Of a stretch of DNA of 64,000 nt, positions 49,613 to 58,348 are shown piece after piece. Every line of letters starts with the position of its first letter. Within the stretch, counting starts at the first letter, position 1. The position numbers and the translations under genes are program-made. Source of the stretch: Trueperaceae bacterium (GTDB lineage: Bacteria; Deinococcota; Deinococci; Deinococcales; Trueperaceae); NCBI GenBank assembly GCA_965213925.1, contig OZ243927.1, forward strand, positions 3,936,001-4,000,000, given 5' to 3'. The notes beneath the pieces were generated by a model, which saw only the letters and a program-made list of their open reading frames with translations, was not told the origin of the DNA and did no database searches.

Positions 49613-49688
49613 TGGTGGAGCTGGGGGGATTCGAACCCCCGACCTCGTGAGTGCGATTCACGCGCGCTCCCAACTGCGCCACAGCCCC
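49613..49688 (-). tRNA. tRNA-Ala(CGC)
   Basis: 76 nt; GGGGCTG acceptor stem with G3:U70; anticodon arm CGTGA-AT CGC AC-TCACG; TTCGAAT T-loop; encoded CCA. Confidence 0.96.
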
Positions 49689-50139
49689 AAGCGCCCATAA
49701 GTCTACCGCGCAGACGCAGGGGCGTCAAGCTAGGCGCGAACGAAAGCCAGGGCTTACGCGCATAGATTCGTGAGATCTTGTTTGCATTCGATTTATAACT
49801 TTTCAAGGGACAGAATTCAGCTTAATACCCTCTCTCAGCGAGTTCTGGTTCCGTTTCGAAAGGTTTACAGCGACCTCTCTCTGAGAATTAGCGTACATGT
49901 GTATGCCTTGCGAATGAAACTTGAATAGCGCACCTTCTCGAGCGTTCTGAATCATCGCCATTTTATGTAGCGCCTGAAAAATCCAAGCGAACTGAAGCGT
50001 TGAAACCTATTCTCCCCCTTTCGCAGTTCCCGTAAGCCAATTCACAACTTCACTATACCTTCAGACTCTTACAGAAATCTTACAGACCGAGTGACCTGCT
50101 CGGCTTAAACTACCACTATCACTGAGGGGAAAGACCCCA

Positions 50140-50220
50140 CCCCTCGGAAGCGATGATACCTAGACCCGCAATTTGGGCGCTTGGGACTAGGAGGAGCTAG
50201 TAGCGCAACCGGCCGAGGGT
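50140..50220 (+). ncRNA. c-di-GMP-II riboswitch
   Basis: P1 CCCTCGG/CCGAGGG; GGAAGCGATGA...TTGGGCGCTTG...GGAGCTAGTAGCGCAACCGGCC with GCGCT/AGCGC pseudoknot. Confidence 0.85.
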
Positions 50221-50278
50221 AGCACTTTGCTATGCCCGGTACCTACATCGACTTCTTATGGGGTCAAGGGAGCAGAGT

Positions 50279-52279
50279 ATGCCAGTGACCAGCACAACCC
50301 ACACCCAAGCCAACCAGACCAACCAAGCTAACCAGACCAACCAAGCTAACCAGACTAACCGCCAGTCCTACCTTCGCTTAGCCCTCTTAGCCGTACTCGT
50401 CTTGTTCTTCACCGCTTGTAGCAGCGTTACCGACACGCCTAACCTAGAGACCCAGGGCAAGACCAAGTACCTCAAGGTGCGCGTCGCCTCGGACAAAGAC
50501 GACGCCGAAGAGCGCGCCTCGGGCAAGGTCGTGCTTGACAGCACCGACTTAGAGCTGCCCTACGACGTCAAGCGCGGTCAGCAGATCGTGGGCGTGCGCT
50601 TCAAGCGCGTTACGATTCCCCAAGGTGCGACCATCAAGCGCGCCGAGGTGCGTTTCAAGGCGGACGAGCGTGACGGCGGCACGGTGCGCCTCAAGGTGCG
50701 CGCCGTTGACAGCGACAGCGCCGCCCCTTTTAGCACAGCGCACCGCAGCCTCTCCAAGCGCAAGACCACCGCCGCCTCGGTCACCTGGCAACCCGCCGCC
50801 TGGCGCAAGGTCGGCGAGCACGGCGGCAAGCAGTGGACGCCCGACATCGCCGCGCTCTTGCAAGAGGTCGTGAACCGTCAAGGCTGGAGAGAGGGCAACG
50901 CCTTCGCGCTACTCATCAGCGGCGAGGGCAAAGCCAAGCGCGTCGCCGAGTCCTACCGCGGTGACCGGCGCGGCGCTCCGCAGCTCTACGTCGAGTACAC
51001 CCTTAGTAGCGCCGCTCCGAGCGCTCCCGAAGCGGCACCTGCGCCCGCGCCCACCCCTGCACCTGCGCCCACAACTAAGCCCACGACCAAGAACGCGCTC
51101 TACGTCTCGACCAAGGGCTCCGACAGCAACGACGGTCGCTCCAAGGACAAGCCGATCAAGACCATCTACAAAGCCACCAAGCTCGTCAAGCCTGGCGACA
51201 CGGTCTACTTGCGCGGCGGCGTCTACAAGGGCAAGTACCAGGGCTACGTCGGCTACGACCGCACCCCCTTTACCACCGACGGCACCCAAGACAAGCCCAT
51301 CACCATCACCAGCTACCCTGGCGAGCGCGCCATCATCGACGGCAGCGACCGCCACTGGCGCGACTCCAAGAGCCTCAGCAGCCCCGAGCTGTTCAAAGTG
51401 ACCGCCGACCACTACGTCATCCAAAACCTGACCTTCCGCCGCGGTGCCGGGCGCGGTCTCTACCTGAGGGGCAAGCACATCACCGTGCGCAACGTCTTAT
51501 CGCACCACCATCATAGCGACGGCATCTACTTCTTGGGCGACTACGGCACCTTTGAGGACACCGTTTCGCACTCCAACTACAGCGAGCAAAATGGCGGCGA
51601 CTCTGCCGACGGCATCAAGATTCCTGGCGGCGTCAAGCACGTGGTGAGAAACTTCTTAGCCTACAACAACTCCGACGACGGTGTCGACATCTTCTGCTCC
51701 AGAAACACGCTCATCGAGTACAGCGTTGCGCACTCCAACGGGCGCGGTTATGCGGGCAACGGCAACGGCTACAAGTTAGGCTGCCGCGGCAACTACCAGT
51801 CGCGCATGAACAACCAAAACGTAGTGCGTTACAACATCGCTTACAAAAACCGCTCGAACAACTTTGACACCAACGGCAGTGGCGGGGTGACCCTCTTACA
51901 CAACACCTCCTGGAAAGCGGGCGGGCGCGGTTTCGCTGGTGACACCGACAGCCGCCGCCGGGTCAACGTCGTCAAGAACAACATCAGCTACCAAGACGCC
52001 AAGGGTGTCGGCATGGGCAAGGGTGACAAGGAGAGTTACAACAACTGGAACCTGGGCATCCGCAACCCCGAGTTCGTCTCCCTAGACCACCGTTCCAGCC
52101 ACTTCTTCAAGCTCAGCCGCGGCAGCGACGCGATTGACGCCGGCAGCAAGCTGAGCAGCTCCTACCGCGGTTCTGCGCCTGACCTAGGTGCTTTAGAGTA
52201 CGGCTCCAGTGTCGCTGAACTGCTCGGTCCGACCGTTAAAGCCCTTCAGGGTGGCACCCTCAAGTTAGCCGGCTTCTAA
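50279..52279 (+). CDS. Secreted lipoprotein: N-terminal surface domain, Pro/Ala linker, right-handed beta-helix (PL9/pectate lyase-like)
   Basis: Lipobox FTAC; YVSTKGSDSNDG, PGDTVYLRGG, NSDDGVD and GNGNGYKLG motifs. Confidence 0.85.
   Translation: MPVTSTTHTQANQTNQANQTNQANQTNRQSYLRLALLAVLVLFFTACSSVTDTPNLETQGKTKYLKVRVASDKDDAEERASGKVVLDSTDLELPYDVKRGQQIVGVRFKRVTIPQGATIKRAEVRFKADERDGGTVRLKVRAVDSDSAAPFSTAHRSLSKRKTTAASVTWQPAAWRKVGEHGGKQWTPDIAALLQEVVNRQGWREGNAFALLISGEGKAKRVAESYRGDRRGAPQLYVEYTLSSAAPSAPEAAPAPAPTPAPAPTTKPTTKNALYVSTKGSDSNDGRSKDKPIKTIYKATKLVKPGDTVYLRGGVYKGKYQGYVGYDRTPFTTDGTQDKPITITSYPGERAIIDGSDRHWRDSKSLSSPELFKVTADHYVIQNLTFRRGAGRGLYLRGKHITVRNVLSHHHHSDGIYFLGDYGTFEDTVSHSNYSEQNGGDSADGIKIPGGVKHVVRNFLAYNNSDDGVDIFCSRNTLIEYSVAHSNGRGYAGNGNGYKLGCRGNYQSRMNNQNVVRYNIAYKNRSNNFDTNGSGGVTLLHNTSWKAGGRGFAGDTDSRRRVNVVKNNISYQDAKGVGMGKGDKESYNNWNLGIRNPEFVSLDHRSSHFFKLSRGSDAIDAGSKLSSSYRGSAPDLGALEYGSSVAELLGPTVKALQGGTLKLAGF
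50306..50359 (+). repeat. 18-bp tandem repeat x3 encoding QANQTN
   Basis: CAAGCYAACCAGACYAAC x3. Confidence 0.9.
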
Positions 52280-52530
52280 ACGGAGACGACAAAGGTAAAC
52301 GAGTCAATGAAGTTGAACAAGGTAAATAAGCTAAAGCGCAAGGGCGTCCACTTGGGACGCCCTTGCTTGTTGGGACTACAAAATTGCAAGAGCAAACGCT
52401 CGAGCCTACTCTTCTAAATTCACCCAAAGTACTTAGCGCAAGTTCCTTACTCGAGGCATCATTACGCAAAGCGTCTACCTAACGTTTGCAGATAGCAGCC
52501 GCAAACGGCTACGTGCGATAAGCTAGAACC

Positions 52531-53916
52531 ATGACGAAACATGACCTTATCATCATCGGCGCGGGACCGGGCGGCTACGTAGCCGCGATTCGCGCCGCCC
52601 AACTCGGCTTCGACGTGGCTTGCATCGACAAGAACGACGCCTTAGGCGGAACGTGCCTGCGCGTAGGCTGCATCCCTAGCAAAGCCCTTTTGGAGTCGAG
52701 CGAGAAGTTCTACGAAGCCCAGAAAAGTTTTCAAGATCACGGCATCAAGGTGAGCGGCGTCGAGCTGGACTTGGACACGATGCTCAAACGTAAGGACAAC
52801 GTGGTTAAAAGCCTTACGGGGGGTGTAGCAGGGCTCTTCAAGAAGAATAAGGTTAAACACTACCAGGGACTCGGACGCATCACGGGTCAAGGTAAAGTCA
52901 CCGTCCAGAGCGACGAAGGCGAAGAGGAGTTAGAAGCGCAGCGCATCCTCATTGCTACGGGCAGCGCCGTCGCTACCTTGCCCGGCGTCGAGTTAGACGG
53001 CGACCGCATCGGTACGAGCAGCCAAGCGATTGATTATCATGAGGTCCCCGAGCACCTCGTTGTGATTGGCGCGGGCTACATCGGCTTGGAACTCGGCTCG
53101 GTCTGGAAACGACTAGGCGCAAACGTCACCGTCGTCGAGTATTTAGACCGCATCCTCCCCGGCATGGACGCCGAAATCGCTAAAGAAGCGCTCAAGCAGT
53201 TTAAGAAGCAGGGCTTAGAGTTTCGCTTGGGCAGCAAAGTGACGTCCGCTAAAGCAGAGGGCGACACCTGCACCGTCGAGATTGAGGGCGCGGACCCCAT
53301 CACCTGTGACCGCGTGCTCGTGGCGGTAGGGCGCAAGCCGAACACGGAAGGGTTGGGTTTAGAGTCCATCGGGCTCGAGCTAGACGACAAGGGACGCATC
53401 CCCGTAGACGAAAGCTTCAAGACCTCAGTGGAGAACGTCTACGCCATCGGCGACGTCATTCGCGGTCCGATGCTGGCGCATAAGGCGGAGGAAGAGGGCA
53501 TCGCCTGCGTGGAGGGCATTGCTAACGGTTACGGACACGTCAACTACGGCGCGATTCCTGCGGTTGCTTATACCGAGCCGGAAATCGCCTCCGTCGGCAA
53601 GACCGAAGAGGAACTCAAGGACGAAGGCGTGGACTTCAAAAAGGGCGTCTTCCCCTATCAAGCGAACGGACGCGCCAAAGCGCTCGGTCATCCCGAGGGC
53701 AAGGTCAAAATCTTAGCGGACGCGGAGACGGACCGCGTGCTGGGCGTGCACATCATCGGCGTACGGGCAGGCGATATGATCGCCGAAGCGGTAGCGGCGA
53801 TGGAGTTCGGCGCGTCGGCGGAGGACATTGCCCGCACCAGCCACGCGCACCCCACACTAGCGGAAACGATTAAAGAGGCGGCGTTGGCCGTGGAGAAACG
53901 TCCTATTCATATATAA
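52531..53916 (+). CDS. lpdA: Dihydrolipoyl dehydrogenase
   Basis: GAGPGGY, GGTCLRVGCIPSK and HAHPTLAE motifs; leaderless (TAAGCT). Confidence 0.97.
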   Translation: MTKHDLIIIGAGPGGYVAAIRAAQLGFDVACIDKNDALGGTCLRVGCIPSKALLESSEKFYEAQKSFQDHGIKVSGVELDLDTMLKRKDNVVKSLTGGVAGLFKKNKVKHYQGLGRITGQGKVTVQSDEGEEELEAQRILIATGSAVATLPGVELDGDRIGTSSQAIDYHEVPEHLVVIGAGYIGLELGSVWKRLGANVTVVEYLDRILPGMDAEIAKEALKQFKKQGLEFRLGSKVTSAKAEGDTCTVEIEGADPITCDRVLVAVGRKPNTEGLGLESIGLELDDKGRIPVDESFKTSVENVYAIGDVIRGPMLAHKAEEEGIACVEGIANGYGHVNYGAIPAVAYTEPEIASVGKTEEELKDEGVDFKKGVFPYQANGRAKALGHPEGKVKILADAETDRVLGVHIIGVRAGDMIAEAVAAMEFGASAEDIARTSHAHPTLAETIKEAALAVEKRPIHI

Positions 53917-53954
53917 GAACGCAAGCACAAAGAGGTCAAAGAGTCCCAACATTC

Positions 53955-53985
53955 AAGAGAGGTCATGACCTCTCTTTTTCTTTTG
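53955..53985 (+). terminator. Terminator after lpdA
   Basis: AAGAGAGGTCATGACCTCTCTT followed by a T-run. Confidence 0.7.
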
Positions 53986-54159
53986 TTTGGAAAAGCTTTA
54001 TAAAAATACTTCAGAATCGTTACCCAGGTATTTGAATACAAAATAGAACTTGACAATATTAAGTTTTAGTTCTATATTACTCTCTGAGGACTAACGCAGA
54101 AGAGTGATTGGTAAATTCAGCTTTCGATTTATTCACATCTATTATTAAAGGAGGCGAAG

Positions 54160-55053
54160 ATGAGTGAACAAGACCGTATTCACGCGCTTGTCGAAGAAGG
54201 AAAAATCAGCCAGCAGGAAGCGGCGCTTCTGCTCGAGACGCTCCAAGACACCGAACAAAATACCGAAGGGAACATAGGAGGGAATACCGAGCGAGAAGAG
54301 AACGAGCGCGTAAACGTGTCGAAACCGATCACACCGCCTCATCCGCCAACCTCTTTGCCTAACGCCGAACTTGTGGCGAGTACCCCGCCGCCCAACGCAC
54401 CGGAACCCCCCTCTAAAGCCCCGCCAACCTCATCCGCCCAAGAGGTCACACGCTGGGTTACGGTTTCGATGCTGGCGGGGGACTTGGACGTACACGTCGA
54501 TACCTCTTTAAGCGAGCCCGTCTTCGAAGGCAAGGCGGAGCTGACGCGGCGCGGCGACAACTTCGAAATCAGGCAGCGCCCGCGCCAGAAGGAGGGCGAG
54601 AGCATCTTAGATAACCTCTTGAACTGGGTCAAAGCGGGCGACTTGCGGGTGCGTATCCCAGCCGGGTACGGCTTAGAGGTGCAGAGCAAGGCGGGCGACA
54701 TCAACGTCAGAGACATTCCCTACCTCAAAGGAAAACTCTTAGCGGGTGACGTGGACGCGCAAGCGATAGGCGGCGTGGACCTGGTGCTGCAAGCGGGTGA
54801 CGTGGACGTAAGTCTGCGCCTTACAGCGGGAGAGCACCGCCTCAAAGCGAAGGCTGGCGACGTCAATGTTGTACTGTTGGCAGGCTCGAGCGTCACCACG
54901 AAGGGAAACATAAGCGCGGGCTCGCTCCACGTCGAGGGACCGTTCACCCGTCGGGAGAGCATGACCGGCGGGCGCTTCGAGGGCACGGTGGGGGCGGGGA
55001 CGGCGAGGCTCGAGGTTGACCTCATGGCGGGCGACGTGAGCGTGAAAGCGTGA
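54160..55053 (+). CDS. SHOCT-like plus beta-solenoid (DUF4097-like) protein
   Basis: EEGKISQQEA and repeated AGDV motifs. Confidence 0.75.
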   Translation: MSEQDRIHALVEEGKISQQEAALLLETLQDTEQNTEGNIGGNTEREENERVNVSKPITPPHPPTSLPNAELVASTPPPNAPEPPSKAPPTSSAQEVTRWVTVSMLAGDLDVHVDTSLSEPVFEGKAELTRRGDNFEIRQRPRQKEGESILDNLLNWVKAGDLRVRIPAGYGLEVQSKAGDINVRDIPYLKGKLLAGDVDAQAIGGVDLVLQAGDVDVSLRLTAGEHRLKAKAGDVNVVLLAGSSVTTKGNISAGSLHVEGPFTRRESMTGGRFEGTVGAGTARLEVDLMAGDVSVKA

Positions 55054-55418
55054 ACGAGCAGCGCCGCATTTTGGAGATGCTTATAGCCGGGCAAGTCAGC
55101 GTGGACGAAGCCGACGCGCTCCTGAGCGCTCTACAGGCGGAGACGCGCGCCGAGGTGAAACCCAAAGGTGCAGCGAAGTTGCTCCGCATCGCCGTGGACG
55201 CGGACGGCGTGTCGAAGGTGCGCGTGAACGTGCCACTCAGCTTAGCCAAATTTGCCGCGCGGTTCGTTCCAAAAGAGGGTCAGATGACGCTGCAAGGGCA
55301 AGGGGTTGACCTCAACGAACTGCTCGCGTCGCTGAACAGCTCGAGCGAAGGACGCCTCCTCGACTTGGAAACGAACGAGCACGGCTATCCGGTCCGAATC
55401 GTCCTCGATATGGTCTAG
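55050..55418 (+). CDS. SHOCT-like small protein
   Basis: ILEML..GQVSVDEA and VRVNVPLSL motifs. Confidence 0.75.
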   Translation: MNEQRRILEMLIAGQVSVDEADALLSALQAETRAEVKPKGAAKLLRIAVDADGVSKVRVNVPLSLAKFAARFVPKEGQMTLQGQGVDLNELLASLNSSSEGRLLDLETNEHGYPVRIVLDMV

Positions 55419-55425
55419 TGGTGAC

Positions 55426-55812
55426 ATGAGCGAGATGAAAAAACTGCCGATGCCCACCCACTGCCCCGTGACGGGGGAGCCTTTGGAGGTGACGCGGCTA
55501 GAGTGCCCCGAGAGCGGCGTCACCATCGAAGGACGTTTTGCACCGAACGAGTTCGCCCTCCTGTCGAACGAACCCTTGGAGTTCTTACGCCTCTTCGTCA
55601 AGGTGCGCGGCAACCTCAAAGAGGTCGAGCGGATTTTGGGGCTTTCCTACCCCACCGTGCGCCTGCGCTTCGACACGATGCTTAAAGCGCTGGGTTACGA
55701 GGCGGCGGAAGAGGTTAGGGGCGAACGGGCTAATGTTATTGGGCTCTTGGAAAAGGGCGAGATTACGGCTGAAGAGGCGACGGCGCGGCTGCGGGCGTTG
55801 CAGAAGCGGTGA
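55426..55812 (+). CDS. DUF2089-family HTH protein
   Basis: CPVTG..L.C, RGNLKEVER.LG.SYPTVR and GEITAEEA motifs. Confidence 0.88.
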   Translation: MSEMKKLPMPTHCPVTGEPLEVTRLECPESGVTIEGRFAPNEFALLSNEPLEFLRLFVKVRGNLKEVERILGLSYPTVRLRFDTMLKALGYEAAEEVRGERANVIGLLEKGEITAEEATARLRALQKR

Positions 55813-56061
55813 GCGCTTATGTGAGCCTTGGCTTATAAACCTCTCTTATTGGTACATCTGTATACTCGTAATGGGTAAGAGCGGCGCATGGCTCTTGTGT
55901 TCACCCACCTTGGTCAGCAAAGCTGATGGTCGTTAGTGAAAGTGCCTGCGCCGCTCTTAAAGTGTCTATCGCTAGGTCCGCCTATGTCGGACGTGTCCTG
56001 CAGCAGAAGCGTGACCTCGCCCCAAGGGAGAGCGTAACATGAGGCCGTAATCGGCTGAGGT

Positions 56062-56733
56062 TTACTCGAGTACGATCAAGCCACTTTCCGGTACCGGGTA
56101 CCACTGCGCCCCCGGCACGCCGCCGTCCCTGAGCCGCTGGTAGTAGTCGGGCCCGTCGGCGGCCTCGATACGGACAGCGTTCCAACCCGCTTCAAGGTCT
56201 AGGTCGAGGGTCAGCTCCTCATCGGTACCCGCATCACAGGTGCCTTGAAGAGATACATCCCTATCGGTGAAGATGCGCATTTCGAAGACGTAAACGCCGG
56301 GGTTGTTGCGCGGGTCCTCGGCAGCCAGTGAGGTTCCCACGGCGAAGGCGTCACCCTCGTAGACTGATAGGCCCGATACGACACCCCAACGAAACGCTGG
56401 GTCCGAAACCGCTATATCAGCGCAAAAGGGGGGCGTTTCCAATTCCTCATCCGGGACCGGGTCGTCCAGGTCGAGCATGAAGTTACCTTGAGCGTCGATG
56501 GTGCCTCTGCCGAAATCGTCCGAGCTGCCGAAGGCGGTGCCAGCGACGAGCGTACCGGCTGGGCCGCTATAGTCCGTCACCGTTCCCGACAGGAGGCTAA
56601 CGTCAGGAGCAGGGCCAACCGGGTTGTCAGTACCTGGTCTGTTGCTGTCTGGGTCGGTCGCAGCACTACAGGCTGCAAGGGTAAGCGCGAGGGCAAGCGC
56701 GAGAGCAAGCGCAAGAATAGGGTTAAGGTTCAT
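56062..56733 (-). CDS. Hypothetical lipoprotein
   Basis: Lipobox LAAC; acidic beta-rich body; RBS GAGGAG. Confidence 0.75.
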   Translation of the reverse strand: MNLNPILALALALALALTLAACSAATDPDSNRPGTDNPVGPAPDVSLLSGTVTDYSGPAGTLVAGTAFGSSDDFGRGTIDAQGNFMLDLDDPVPDEELETPPFCADIAVSDPAFRWGVVSGLSVYEGDAFAVGTSLAAEDPRNNPGVYVFEMRIFTDRDVSLQGTCDAGTDEELTLDLDLEAGWNAVRIEAADGPDYYQRLRDGGVPGAQWYPVPESGLIVLE

Positions 56734-57514
56734 AGAATCTCCTCTCGTAAACCATCGAATCAGAAATAGTCACGGTCTGGCTGGAAAAACTTCACTTTAC
56801 GCTCTAATCCGCACGGATAAATCCTTATAAAGATGCTCCTCGGGAAGTCAGCTTTGAGCAGGGTGTAGAATGGGAGACATCCGAGTCATAGGTCGGCACA
56901 TGTGCCGAACCCATACTAACTTGGCGGTGAACTTTGCCTAGACCTAAGCTTTCAGCCCACGTTAAACCCACTAGAGAGCGCCTACTCGAGGCCGCCGAGG
57001 AACACCTTCAGCGTGGCGGCTATTCAGGGCTGTCCCTCCTGATATCAATGCTGACCGAGTCGTGCGCTTGGGTCAAGACCTAGAGAACGAGCAGCTTCGC
57101 CGAACCCATCAATCCGCATTTTGCAACGCGGGCAGGATATACGAGCACATAGTGGTATACCTGGGGAGCGGAGACTTCATCATTCAGGACCTCGAGTACT
57201 GGACCGAGGATGAGGCCCTGTATTTCCGGCTTTATCAGAACCGTCGGCTGACGGCTGAAGTCGTTGGTCGCTAATCCTGTAGAGACAATCTCGTCAGGCT
57301 TCAGATCGCCAAAACCACAAGAATCAGTTCGAAACCGGTGACCTCATTCAGGTTTCTTCGCCGCGTATATCGTTCGAAGTCTCCCTCGCATCTTTTAACA
57401 GTTCCAAAACATACTGAGGCAAAGTGTCGCAGATACCATCTCATAACGTGCGTACTGAACAGTGTTTTCTACAGTGAGAGTGTCTCAAACCAGATGATAC
57501 CTGCTATTTTAACC

Positions 57515-57787
57515 TCACTTCTCGAAGATTCGCAAATCCTCCGGGACCGCGTCGTGCTCGTCAGCAGGCACGTCAGGCACAGCTGCCAGCACCTCCCTGT
57601 AAGCGTCCTCGTCGGCTCGGTCCGCCCGCTCGCGCAGGTACGTCGCCGCGTCCAGCGCCGAGACCTTCTCGGCTACCGCTAGCGTAATGAGCTGATTGAT
57701 CGAAACGCCCTCCCGCTTAGCGAGTTCGCGGATGTGGTCGTGTAGATAATCAGGGAGGCGCAGGTTCAAACTGCTCATGGGGTCCAT
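57515..57787 (-). CDS. RHH antitoxin (HicB-like C-terminal type)
   Basis: LNLRLPD.LH...AKREGVSINQLI. Confidence 0.85.
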   Translation of the reverse strand: MDPMSSLNLRLPDYLHDHIRELAKREGVSINQLITLAVAEKVSALDAATYLRERADRADEDAYREVLAAVPDVPADEHDAVPEDLRIFEK

Positions 57788-58203
57788 CCTTTCTCGAGAA
57801 GCCTTCGGAACAGCTCGGCGGGGTCGATCACTTCGACGCCCAACGTTTCACTCCCTCTAAAGTCCTTGAGGTTATAGGTGACGATATTAGCGTTCGCGTT
57901 GGCAGCGAGTTCGAGGAGCATGTCGTCGTTTGGGTCATCCAAGAAGGGTCGCCACAGGTAGTTGATGGTCGGGTGCACGGTGTTTGCGCAGAGGAAATCT
58001 AAGAAGGTTTCGATCTGTGTATGGGTGAGGGGCACCATGCCAGGGCGCTTCAACACAGCTTCGTACTCGAGTACCAGCGCGACCGACACGCATAGCTCGG
58101 TAGGCAGCGTAGTCAGTCTGGTGAGCAGTTGGTAGCTGAGCCCCTGCCGAGAGCGCAAACCCGCTACGAGAACATTCGTATCGAAGACGAGGCGCATCAC
58201 CAA
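57775..58203 (-). CDS. PIN-domain toxin
   Basis: VFDTNVL, DPNDDMLLELA and IVTYNLKDF motifs. Confidence 0.9.
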   Translation of the reverse strand: MVMRLVFDTNVLVAGLRSRQGLSYQLLTRLTTLPTELCVSVALVLEYEAVLKRPGMVPLTHTQIETFLDFLCANTVHPTINYLWRPFLDDPNDDMLLELAANANANIVTYNLKDFRGSETLGVEVIDPAELFRRLLEKGWTP

Positions 58204-58348
58204 TCAACGTCCAGCGGCATAATTTATAGTACCATATGCGGTGCTATTTAGAAACTAAAAGACCTCTCCTGAAATTTAGCAATGCCTCAGAAAGTCTTTA
58301 TGGTGGGTATCCTTCTGCAAGCGCCGCGCGCGAGCGCAGAAGACCCGC

